The notes below the pieces were generated by a model. It was not told the origin of the DNA. It did no database searches and saw nothing but the letters and a program-made list of their open reading frames with translations. A DNA stretch of 64,000 bases from Azolla caroliniana (Eukaryota > Plantae > Polypodiophyta): the NCBI GenBank assembly GCA_043228905.1, contig JBHGNT010000001.1, forward strand, positions 32,736,001-32,800,000, in the 5' to 3' direction. Below are positions 1 through 12,000 of this stretch, one piece after another; the stretch's first letter is position 1, and every line of letters starts with the position of its first letter. Both the position numbers and the translations under genes were made by a program.

Positions 1-573
1 ACATGTACAAAATGGCTCAAAAATGCACTTTGAGATGGGGTGTATCTTATGACACAATCTGATTCTGTTTAAATATAAACTAAAAACAGAGGGATTACAA
101 TTGGGGAGTTTCCCCACTTGTGCTTTCAGCACGAAATGCATAATTGTTTTAGAAAGAGAAAAAAGAAGAAAAACCTAATTGAAAACCTAAGGAGATCCTA
201 AACTTGTATGTTTTGTTTGTATGGTTGAGAAATGCTGTATATTTTATCTTCACATGGCTTCACTTTATTTCTGGTTATGATTTCCAAAGAGAAAATGTGA
301 AAGAATGATGCCTAAAGAATGAATGATATGCTGGTTTTCCACTATTACCTGTGCCCTGAAAAAAATCATATATATGTTGATCCGAAAAAACGAATCATAT
401 ATATATTGATCCTCTCTCAAAATGGCCCTCATTAGGCCCCTATTCCTTCTATAAAACAACCCAGCTTCTTTTTCTAGAAACTGTTAATACCTGATTCTAT
501 ACAAGAAATATAGCCTTCGGGTGTGTTAAACTATATGATCACTTTCTCTTTTCAAAGCTTGCGCCTTGTACAA

Positions 574-2194
574 TCATGTGGACGTTAAGGCAGAGTTATG
601 ATCATGCCTCTGCTTCCATCTCACAAGACATTCGAGAAACTCTAAAACCTGCAAGAATAACAATGGGTTTAACACAGGGCAACACATGTACTAATGAGCA
701 ATTAGCTTCTAATGAAACTTTGTTCTTTCATATAAGCTACACACTCTAAGCATCCACAAGGATGCCAGATTAGGGTTTAGGGTTGTATATGTTCATTCAT
801 ATATGTTGTAACTTCATACATGCTAAGTCACCATCGAGATGGAAGATAAACAAAAATCAAGACAGCATGAGTACAGGAACACCGCTAACCTCTGAAGGAT
901 CACGTAAGCTGCTCAAAGCATTTGTTTCTTTGGCTGACGTTGAAACTAGGATTCCAAGTCCACTTGTATGGTTCAGTACCTTCAGTCCAATAGGAAAATT
1001 CAAAATGACTTGTTAGTTGTAGATCCGTAACTTCGTCCTCAGAATATTCAGTAATGAATTCAATTGACAGGAGACTAACAAAAATTACTTACTTTAAATG
1101 CATCTTCATCCGTGCGATCATCCCCAATATAGATAGGGAAAATATCTGTTCGGTCTCCTAAACCTAAATTAGAGGATGTTTTTGTTGAGCACCTTTGATC
1201 ACTATTCAATCTTTTGGCATACATTTGCTTTAAAAAAGAGTTTTTATTACTCAATGTTTACCTAGAGCATTCAGTATAAACTCCAAAGCTTTTCCTTTGT
1301 CCCAAGCAATGGATGGCCGAATTTCCAAAACCTGCAAAATTGTGCCAATATTAAAGAAAGAAGGCAATAGTCATATGCGCACATATAACAACACTGTTCA
1401 TTTCATATATTTTACCTTTCGGCCTTGTGTTAAACGTAAAGTGGGAAATGACTGCATCACTTCCTGAACTTCCTTTGCAAGAGCATGCCAATCCTATGAA
1501 AATATTGGCTTAATGTTTAGTGGATTTACAAAAAGAAAGAAACTCATAAGAAACCTTATATTATAGAAATTGATACAATGTACATTTGATGCTAGCCCCT
1601 AATCAAAAACTTTAAAACTTGGATATATCACCAGTTTTTTAGAGTTTGAAAAACCATACCTCTTCTTCCACACATCGGAAGTGCACAGAAACACAAAATT
1701 TGTTGTTCTCAATCTTTGCTCCATTGACATGTTTAACAATACCTTGAAGAATTTCAAACACCTACAATGATGATAATGCCAACATCAATATACATATATG
1801 TATACTAACTAACAAACCTCACATCCATCTGCACATATGCATTACATAACACACAAATATCTTACTTCATATGTGTAGGCTTACCTCATCCATTGTAGGT
1901 TTGAACTCCCTAGCAGGTTGAAAAAGCACATCATTCCCCTGCAAAACCACTTCTCTAATTATAAATAGTACAAGAACTTGCATTCAATTTTTTTATTTCC
2001 ATGCATGACAATGTTATAGAATAGAACAGATCAGGTAACAGACCTTTCCCTCTAGATTATTCTGCCCATTAGTCTTCGTACTATAAGGACCCTCACAAGG
2101 ACCCATTATATCCATTCCATGGCTACCAGCATAATATAGCTCGCGTAAGCCCACAAACTCAAAAACCTACAAAAGTAGAAAAAAACAAATTCAC

Positions 2195-2230
<36 letters not shown>

Positions 2231-3842
2231 AAGAAAGAGTTAAACAACAAGGAAAGGGTCCTAAACTGTAGGTTATGGTGTTTTCCAACACTTAACACCA
2301 TAAAAAAGAATTCAATTTCAAAATATAGGGTTTCCGATACAGTTCACATACTCATGTAGCTAACCAACTACCAGAAAAAAACAGTAAAGCTAATGTGCAA
2401 GGAATTTTACCTTTTCCCTGCATCTTCCAGATATAATGGCAGTAGGAAAGCATGATGCAATGTTCTTAACAGCTCTTCTCATCTGAAAGAAGTCAGAAAC
2501 ATATTCAATTTATTTAGAGGGCACATAAAAATGCCATGAAGACTGAATTCTTCTAAGGATAGTGAAAATTCACTTACTGATTCAGACATTATAGCCTTCT
2601 CAGGATCTTGAACAATAGGTGATAATGTTCCATCATAATCCAGAAACATGACAATCTGTTTGCCTTTGACGACTTCAAGAATTTGATCGAACTTATGTAA
2701 GGCAGATGGGTGTTTTTGCTGCTTGTATATATACAAACACAAGAGCAAATGGAGATTAAAACTTAAGGTTCAATCATTAGCTTGATGATATTGTTGATAT
2801 AGGTACATTTAGATCAATTCATATATATAAACAACCTTTACATATCATAGGAGACCTTTTCAGCATTAAAAGTACTGTGGAAATAGTAGAATGCAGCTCT
2901 CACAAATAGTAATGGCTGATACCATTGCTAAGAAAACTGCATTTAAACTATTGTATAAGCAACTGTTATAGATCATACATAGGGAACATTGTAACCAAAT
3001 CTCTTAGATAGTAAAATATTGTGGAAATAGTAGGAGCCCTGACTCACAAATAGCAATAGGAAACATTATGGGGGAACGTCCTAAGTAAATCTTTTAGACA
3101 TTTAAGGTAGTGTTAAGAAATTTAAAACGTTGCATATACAAACCTCATAGATTGTATCAGATGACACATTGTGAATAAACCTTGTGGACATTACAGCATC
3201 ATTAAGAAATGTGCATTCCAATGAATGTATATACAACTATATTTATCATAAGAACCGTTACGACGTAGCATTACGAGTAAAGATTTAGCCATTAGAGTAT
3301 TGCTAAGGAATATGCATTTAGATAATTGTGTATACAACTCTTATAGATCATGACCTTAAAAAGTAGAGAAGGTGAGACTCTCCAAATGGCAATAGGAAAC
3401 ATGGTGAGCAAAACCTTTTAGGTGTTAAAACTATTGTTAAAAAAGGTGCATTTTCTTAAAACATTGAAAATACAGCCCTTACACATGACATGGGGAACAT
3501 TCTAATTTGCGAGATAAAAAAACGGTTGAGAACATGAAATAAGAGAAATTGGAGACTCACAATCCATGTTCGGTACTGCGGATCTACACTTGTGCTGTCA
3601 AATGGATCTCCTTTGACATACCGAGAAGGTGGTGACGATGCTTTCATGGCATCTAACCATCCATTAACAAGTCCTAGATTATTCTGCCCATGACCAAGCC
3701 ATATCTTTGAATATGGATAGCTAGACCCAGAGTTCACTGGACATATTTGTAAAGGTGAATTTGTTACCCTTGTATTGAACCTCGACGGATTTATTACTGA
3801 AGCATCTGTAATGAGTCTGTTGTCCTTTGAACCAAATGCCAT
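574..3842 (-). CDS. TPP: Trehalose-6-phosphate phosphatase (HAD superfamily), 385 aa. Coding exons: 3561-3842, 2578-2718, 2411-2482, 2044-2166, 1885-1938, 1660-1761, 1416-1493, 1262-1331, 1093-1163, 890-979, 574-648
   Basis: Exons join in frame through GT-AG introns (1158 nt). Motifs: plant TPP N-terminal [13 protein letters not shown] motif [41 protein letters not shown], motif [15 protein letters not shown]. Stop TGA at 576-574. Confidence 0.95.
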
Positions 3843-5048
3843 TCTAACAACCCAACAGTAGATTTCGCTTTGTTTTGTTTTTCTTCTTCTTTTTTTACAG
3901 TTAATATACTTGTTATATTCACGATTTTCTTTTCACGTTCTCCTACAGGATCGAAATGATTTTAGGCTGCAGAAAAGAAATAGATTTTGTTAAAAACAGA
4001 GACAAATGCTTCTCACTAGCATTTTCGAAACTCTATATATGGAAAAGAGATGATAAAGGAGATATTCCCATTGAAAATCACGAAAGTATGAAATAACAAA
4101 GAAAAACATGATAATCAATCATCCATAATCAGAACAAATATCATAGGTAAGAAAAAGAAATGGAAATAGACATTCGTGTCTCATCATAATCCGAACAGAG
4201 CCCGTTTACATTAAGGCTTCAGAATGCAACAGCAATAAACACCATTAGTCATAATCAGAATGCAGTTAGAGAAATCATTATAAAGACATACAAAAAATGT
4301 AATCGAGAGACAACGACGAATCATAATCAGAACATTGCCCATGCTCATCAAGGGTCACAAAAAAGAGCCAAATAAAATCGGAAAAAATTAGAAACGGCAA
4401 ACATAAAAAAAAAATCAAGATAGAAACAGAGCCCATTAGGATATCAGAATCATTAGAGAAACCATTAAAAATACTTGAAAATGCAGCAAAGAGACAATAA
4501 TGGAATACGATCAGAATAGAGATCATTAACGGCATTAAAAAAATGCCCAATACAATTGAATCTTAAACAAAATGCAATACAAAGATCATAATAGGAGCAG
4601 AGCTCATTAGGGTATTGAAAAGAGCACATTAAAAAACAGGACTGAGAATAGAGACTTATCATTATGCTTTACAGGGAGGGACATTGGAGAAACTACTGAC
4701 ATGGATGCTCCAAGAATGGAGTAAATTAAAAAAATAAATGGATTAGTGCCTTGGTTGTATTGCTTTTATTGTTGAGAATTATTTAAGAAGCCATCAGAAC
4801 ATTAATCATAACAAAAGAAAAATAAGAGAAAGGGGGGGGCAGAAGAGTGATACATACATACAATTCCTTCTTTTTTGAATTTGTTTTCTGCGCTGAAGAT
4901 CTGGCTATGGAGGGGCAGAGTGGGGGAGGGAGGGAGAGGAGAAGGTTAAGGGAGAAGCAGAGAGAGAGAGACAGAGAGAGAGAGAGGTTTCAATGGGATG
5001 GAGGGAGGAAGAAAAGGTCTGAGATGGGGAGAAGAGATGTTTAAATAG
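3843..5048 (-). other. Probable 5' UTR of TPP with a leader intron at 3967-4861
   Basis: Donor GTATGT at 4861 and acceptor TTTTCTGCAG ending at 3967 (minus). The upstream exon is CT-rich, typical of plant 5' UTRs, and a TATTTAAA TATA-like box lies at about 5040-5047 (minus). Confidence 0.6.
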
Positions 5049-5104
5049 AGAGATGGAGAGGAAGACAGAGAGAAGGGGGGGGCACACATGTAGCTAGCCT
5101 CTCA

Positions 5105-5112
5105 CACGTGGC
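5105..5112. promoter_or_regulatory. G-box/ABRE (CACGTGGC) upstream of TPP
   Basis: Exact ACGTGGC ABRE core about 60 bp upstream of the TATA-like box. A second ACGTG core lies near 5257. Confidence 0.45.
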
Positions 5113-5123
5113 AACCAACCCAA

Positions 5124-5420
5124 GTATGTATGTATATGTATGTATGTATGTATGTATAATGTATGTATGTATGTATGTATGTATGTATGTATAAGTGAGC
5201 CCATCTCTCTTTTCAAAGGAGACACAGACACAAAGAGAGAGAGAAAGAGAGAGCTTACGTGTGGTTCACGGCAGCCCTTAAACCTTTTTATGCACACAAT
5301 GTAGGAAAGGATTTATATATACACACATATATATATAATATATACACATATATATATAATATATACACATATATATATAATATATACACATATATATATA
5401 ATATATATATGTATATATAT
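5124..5420. repeat. (TATG)n microsatellite (about 5124-5192) and an approximately 21-bp TA-rich minisatellite (about 5315-5420)
   Basis: Directly visible simple repeats. Confidence 0.9.
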
Positions 5421-5607
5421 GGAAGCTTTTCCAAATATACATATGTATAGGAATGTTGTGATCGATTTGTTGGTTATGTCCCCACGAGAGAGCGAGATAG
5501 AGAGAAAGATAGGCGGACACAGATACAAAAAGATACGAGATACAGACAGCTGAATACGATGATCTACTCCTTACAATAGGAAATGAGCAAATAAACGCAT
5601 GTTGAGC

Positions 5608-5614
5608 ATCATAC

Positions 5615-5665
<51 letters not shown>

Positions 5666-5800
5666 ATGTAACGTCCCATGTGGCCATTATATGGTTGTTT
5701 CTCTTTCATTAGAACCATGTCTATCGTGCAACTAGTTTTGGATTTCACATGGGCGATTGATTCCTTTTAAACGTTGGTCCACAAAAGAGATTCATCATAC

Positions 5801-5847
<47 letters not shown>

Positions 5848-5978
5848 ATGTAATGTCCCATGTGGCCATTATATGGTTGTTTCTCTTTCATTAGAACCAT
5901 GCCTATCGTGCAACAAGTTTTGGATTTCACATGGGCGATTGATTCCTTTTAAACGTTGGTCCACAAAAGAGATTCATC
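5608..5978. repeat. Recent tandem duplication: two ~185-bp units, each containing a (GA)n tract
   Basis: CATCATACACGAAG(AG)nTTTTGATGTAA...CCACAAAAGAGATT occurs twice head-to-tail with few substitutions. Confidence 0.9.
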
Positions 5979-6766
5979 ACTATTCAGACTAGCCTTGGTA
6001 GTTTAATCAAGTGCCTCGTGCACACCATACCTTGTTTTGTCACTTGATGTGTAGACCATGTGCAATTATTGTGCCTTCTCATAAGGGTTGGTTTATGTTA
6101 TATGGTCCTAAGATGCAAAGTCAAGCATTACGGGAATGTTCTTAGGGAAATAAAGTTTCTCGGAAAGTCTTTCATTAAGTATGTGTTTTGTATTATTGTG
6201 TGTGTCCCACATGTGCCACATGCATGCCAATGCTCCTTCCACTTGATTGTTACATGTGTCGTGTCCCTTCTCACCTTTCACCAAATGTCGATCGAACTTT
6301 GGAATCAGTTATGTGAGAAATTTCAAGGCTAACATCTCATTTGAAATCACAAAGTTGGCGATAACTTGGAGAGGTAAAACTTCCTTAAATTTTGGGTCAA
6401 ACTTGCTTGTTCTTCAGATATGCATGGTGAATTGTATGACAATAACATAATCCACTACAATGGCTTCTTGTACACATTAGTTGTCTCACTTCAAGGTTTT
6501 ATAGTTTTTCATAGTCATCAAGGTACATAAAACTAGAGAGTCATACATACCATGTACGGCCAATGGATTTGATCAGAAGTTTTTCCAACAATACAATCTT
6601 CTTTTTTGAAATAGTGAGGGATAATTTAGAATTTAATTTTCAGTTTTAGAGATGGAGAGGAAGACTCACTTGCCACTTTGTCATGTCATTTTAGGTCCAC
6701 TATGAGGTATCAAAGAATGAGGGATGTAGCGGGACCCTTGGTGGATTTTTGTGGTGTATCATGTAA

Positions 6767-6797
<31 letters not shown>

Positions 6798-9700
6798 AAG
6801 AAAGAGGTGTTCATACCTACAAAGAGGAGTACATATATGAGGTTTCAAAAATTAAACATATGTTGTGAATGAGCTGGATGCACATCATCATTTATCTTTT
6901 CCTAATTTTTTGGCTACTTATCTTATCTTTTTTAATGCTTTTTAAGTTTTGTTGACAATCTGGAAGATCGTAATATATGATGTAAAGTACATGACGTAAG
7001 ATGCCAATCTATGTTTCTATTGTTTACATGATGTCATTATTATGTATAAAAACGTTCATCAGCTTGTAGGACCAACTTATAGGCATAACTTGTCTTTATG
7101 GACGATGATAAAGGATCACAATCAAGGGCCCAATTTCAACAAGTTGTCTCATCTGAATGTGTTTATTGGGTATCATTGTGTTGATTCGAGAATGGGACTC
7201 ACCAACTTACAAATCTTATATTTAAAATGGCCCCATTTCCGACAATTGTTTTGATATGATTGTTATTGGGTGTAAATATGTTGGTTGCAGTTATGGAACT
7301 GACTAGCATACAAATCTTACAAATGGATGACACTAGAAAAAACACAAGGATAGTTTATACAGTAGAACAACTCTTGTAAAAACAAAGACAACCCTTCCAA
7401 TGTCAACATAAGCATTTTATGGATACATGCATGCATTGTAGATCACATGCATTTCAGCCAACCTAGAGATAGATAGTCTACTTAAGCTAAGTCAGAACTA
7501 TGTATTAAAGCACAAATACATAAAGCACAGGTTAAGGCAACAAATAGACCCAATCAAAAAGTGATAACATATAGGTACACATATTCCATATATGTGTTAA
7601 CATTGTTACCCGTTACCATCACATATAGAGTAGATCCCTCCACAAAGATAAAAGAAGAGAAATAAGTCACTAGTCATTTATATACTAACATGTCCAAAAC
7701 ACGAAAATTTGCCATACATAAGGATAACCACTCGCCAGTATATGTCTATCCCTAGTCTTAATTTAGATCATGATCTATCCTTATGCATACGCCTTTTAAT
7801 AATCACAACCAAGTACGTTTAAAAAGTGTTCCCCCATGAGAATAGAGCACAATTAGGTTAGTTATGATCTTGGGCAACTTACCAAGGGGGTGCATTCGAC
7901 ATGAACAAACGAACATCAATGTGTCTAGAAAAGTTGTTTGTGGGAAATTTGTGAAGTAGCTGCTTGTAAAAAATGGAACGAGCCCTAATGACTAGTAACC
8001 AATCTATGAAAAGGAAATGTCCAAACTTGCCAACTACCCTAAAAACTATTGTCTATTGTGAATCATGTTATACTACGTATGGTGTATAAATAAATATTCT
8101 AGGACTTTAACTAGATGCTAACTAAAGGAAGATCACGACTTTTTGTTACCTTTCTCATTTCATGGTGCAACATGCGAAAAAAAACGAGATCAATTGTAAC
8201 CCAAATGCCAATGAAATGGAATGCCACAAACACATACTCCATTATGATATTAGACAAGTCTTTTAGGAAAGCATTCATAACATGCACTTTCACATAAAAT
8301 ATGTTGCCGACATCTCATTTGGATGTAATTTCAATGAAATGTGTTTTGTAAAGCTTTAACTATCATACAATGTCTAATTAATTTTTAATATTAAAGTGTC
8401 AATTACTATATTAAATAGAAACTAAAATACATGTGCTGAATTATTTAGATGCCGCAATCTCATTCAAATGAATAGTCAAGATGGAAACCTACCTATGCAA
8501 TACATAGCGAAATTCAACACTCACTTGCTACCAACATGTTCATTATTAACCTTAGTGCTACAAAGAGTGTAAGAGAATGAAATGGAATGTTAATGCTCTT
8601 CAACAACAAATGGTAGGAGAGACATATTTTGTGCATGAGAGTGTGAACATTAAGTAGAATGCCATGATAACATAACTCATGCTAAATCTTTACAATAATA
8701 TTAGATTGGATCCTTAATGAATATTATAATAGCACATAAATTCAACGTAGAAATATCATAATTAGAAAACTATATAGTATAAAACAAAAAACAAACATTA
8801 TGAAGGCATTGAGTGTTTTAAAATATGATTAGATTAAATATACATTTCACAATTAGGTTGCACAATTGGAATCCAAAAATCAAAGCAAGCAAGCATTCCA
8901 TAATTGAAGTGCACATACAAACATATATGAATAAAGGGATGCATGGGACTATGAGATTAAGAAATAAAGATTATTATTCATTGAAAGTTTGAAAGTGTAC
9001 AATAGATTAAAAAGAAAAGGAATCATGAAGTGCACTTCATATTCACATTTTCCCCCCGAGTCACAATATATTTCTTTGCATGATGCAAAACCTTGAATTC
9101 AAATTTGGAAACTAGCCAAGCGCGTTTGAAATGTAAAACTATAAAGTTGTGCACACAGTACCTTGGGCACCAAGCAAAACAAAGATACATCAATGCATCG
9201 TGTAAAGTAAATACCTTTGATATAAATGATCCCATACCTTGGTCGATACGAAACCCTCCACCTATTCACACTTTCAATGTGCCTACAATCTTAAGATAAA
9301 AAAGTAGTATGTCATGTTTGAATGGTAACGATATGCACTTTAATTAGTTAAAACCAACTTTGTGAGATAAAAAAACAATATAGTGATGCGAAAATATTTG
9401 TCATTACTAGTATATTGCACTTTGGCCAGACTCTATGCTATTATTTGGTCATACTCTACAACAATAATGTAAGTATTTCGCGCACACATTTCACAAGAGG
9501 CACTAGTGGTGTTTCCATTATGTGGCTTAGTAGCCACAAGTGAAAAGTATTGTTTTAAATTAATATGGTATTTGTCTTTTTATTCGGTTTCATGTTTGAT
9601 AATTCCTTTGTTGATTATAAACATATGCTCCAAGAAGGCTGTTGACATAATATAAGGATTCTTCAATCCACATTATTGGTTTCGTGGCATCTTGTGGGCA

Positions 9701-9799
9701 ATGTTAAGTTTGACACCACATAATATGATAACTTAGGAGGGCATCCAAACTCATGCATTTCCTTATATTATGTAGTACAATGTTTGTTATTGAATCCTG

Positions 9800-12000
9800 A
9801 AGTAACTTATAATAAGTTGAAAGTGGAACTTGCCAAAAGAACCATTACCATCGATAAAATAAGATAGTGAAGTAAGAGGAACGCGTCAAAAGAAGTTTTT
9901 AACCAATAGTAGACTAATAATAAAGAGACTCTGTATCTCAGCATTATTGTTTGGAACTTTGGATCAAGAGCATTATGGAGTGATACGATGCATTTACTAC
10001 ATTTTATAATATTGTTGGACTTTGCTTTTGCAGTTGTTGTTTAATTTATTATGCCGAATTTGAGATGAGATGGAAAAGTAAACTCATAGGTTAAAGCATG
10101 CCAAGTTTGAATTTGTGGTGGTTTGAGCAAAGAAGAATGTATTCTTGACAAATTCCCTCAAAAATAATTCCTGTAATTTTGGTTTTGAACTTGTACTTGT
10201 GTCCTCACCGCCTACCACTTATTATTAGCTTACGTACTTGGATATTACACAATTGAAAACCAATTCCGTGGCTCTTGTTATATAATTTTCCAATGAGAAA
10301 CTAAACAATGTAAAGTTTGTGCACGTGGAATTGCAAAGAGGTTTCATGTTGGTTCACTTCTTATTCTTGTTGAACGTAGAAACTTAGATGGCACATTAAT
10401 GAATAAAAGATTAAATTGTGTGTGAGTTGAAACCTAAGAGACACATTTTGAAAATTCACAATGGGGTCAGGAAAAAGAAAAAGGTCTTTGAAATCTTGAT
10501 CCATTTTGTAGGCGTTAAAACTCAAAAAGCTAGTTTGACAAACTTTTAGTTTATTTTCTAGAACTTGGGAAACCTTGCCTTATAGTGACAAATGTATATA
10601 ACCATGTGTATGGTTTACAATCACTTGAGTGATTCCTTTTTCGTGGATGACTATGAGAAAATGTTACCTTATTTGACCTGAGTTGAACATTCGATAAAAC
10701 TTTCTCATTTAAAGACATCTTCCAAGTTGAGGATATTCATTAAATTTGATGTTTCTAAAGGTACCTTTTCATCCCAATGGCATAATGGATGGCCTTTTTC
10801 CTTTTTTGAGGTGACAAAGGAAGATACATCATAATAATGGTACCTTTCCATTATGTACTTCCATAAACAAAGGCTACGAACTTTATTGAACCTGATTGAT
10901 TATATAATTGATGGAGATGTAAAAAGGGCGTTGTTAGAATTTATGCGTATATTTTGCGCATCGATATAAATAAAACTTTTTTCAAATGCAATCAACAAGA
11001 ATTTTGCCTCATAATGTGAGATTAGCATTTCATATAATTAATTCATTGGGACCGCAATATTAGAGTAGTCGACACGATTTAAGGCATAATGAAGATGTTT
11101 TTACAATATCATTATATTTTAGGGTGTTGAAATTATCTTTGATAAAAAAATTAGGATTGGAATACAAGGATGACTCACAATAATGTAGGTGCCAATTAAG
11201 AAATTTGAGCTAAATGTGCAACTTAACTACATTTGATCTCATGTAGTTAGTCAAGTACCTTGACCACTTTGGGTGAGACCCAAGTACCAATACCATTTTG
11301 GTGTAAATATATATGTGCTTTCCTCATTGCACTTAGAAACAAGGAATGAGGCGCAAAAGCTTATTAGCCCACAATAGGGATATCATTCACTTGGCCAATT
11401 TATCTGCAATAGGATATCATTATAATGGAGGCAAATGGCTTGGGAAATGCTGAAAATTGTGGTCGTGTTGATGTCACCTATACGCAGTGGTCTTAGTGTT
11501 CTTGGCATGCTCAACGTTTCTATGACTTGTGGTTGTTAGAATGAATATTACAATGGCCTGGTTCACAATGACAAGGGTACAACTTGATATGCTAGAGCTA
11601 CTAGGGAGTAGGTTGTTGCCAAGTAGTGCAATGTGTATCGAGAGCACAATCTATGAAATGCTCTGATCTCACAATTGGAAGGTAATTCACTGATGAGTGA
11701 CCCATACCCACTTAAACAACGCATAAGATTAATCATAAATCCTTCGAAGGATAGGATTTGGACTAGTTTGTCCATCGTGAAGTTGAGGTTGGGACTTTGT
11801 CGCAAAATGAGGTCAAAGATGTTTTTCATTACTATGCCGAAGCTATAGTTAGTGAAGTCCACGAGTCTTGCGTGAGGGCAAGTGAGGTCATTGAGGGCCA
11901 ACTCGAGGATCACCTTCACGTTAGTGTCTCCTTCAAATTGGATCACAAAATATGATAGCTAACAAACTAGGTAGAATTCGTTATGTGCCTTCTTTCACGG
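9800..12000. mobile_element. Heavily decayed Ty3/gypsy-like pol remnants
   Basis: Broken motifs only: a plus-strand WGxEKEKxFE-like RT-RNaseH linker near 10460 and a minus-strand RLVDFTN...LSGY RT-like stretch at 11690-11870. Many stops and frameshifts. Confidence 0.35.

Noticed and set aside
769-784. TTAGGGTTTAGGGTT telomeric repeat in the last TPP intron
   Set aside because: Only two units. A common interstitial telo-box with no evidence of a chromosome-end relic.
3843-3966. Conserved-peptide uORF of the kind found in some angiosperm TPP leaders
   Set aside because: No ATG in the predicted leader exon and no recognisable match to the conserved peptide.
4847-5930. Several 60-156 aa ORFs (YIYIY, LSLSLS, ERERE)
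   Set aside because: Translations of microsatellites and the tandem duplication, not genes.
5608-5978. CRISPR-like array
   Set aside because: A eukaryotic tandem duplication with no unique spacers. No repeat-spacer array or cas gene anywhere in the window.
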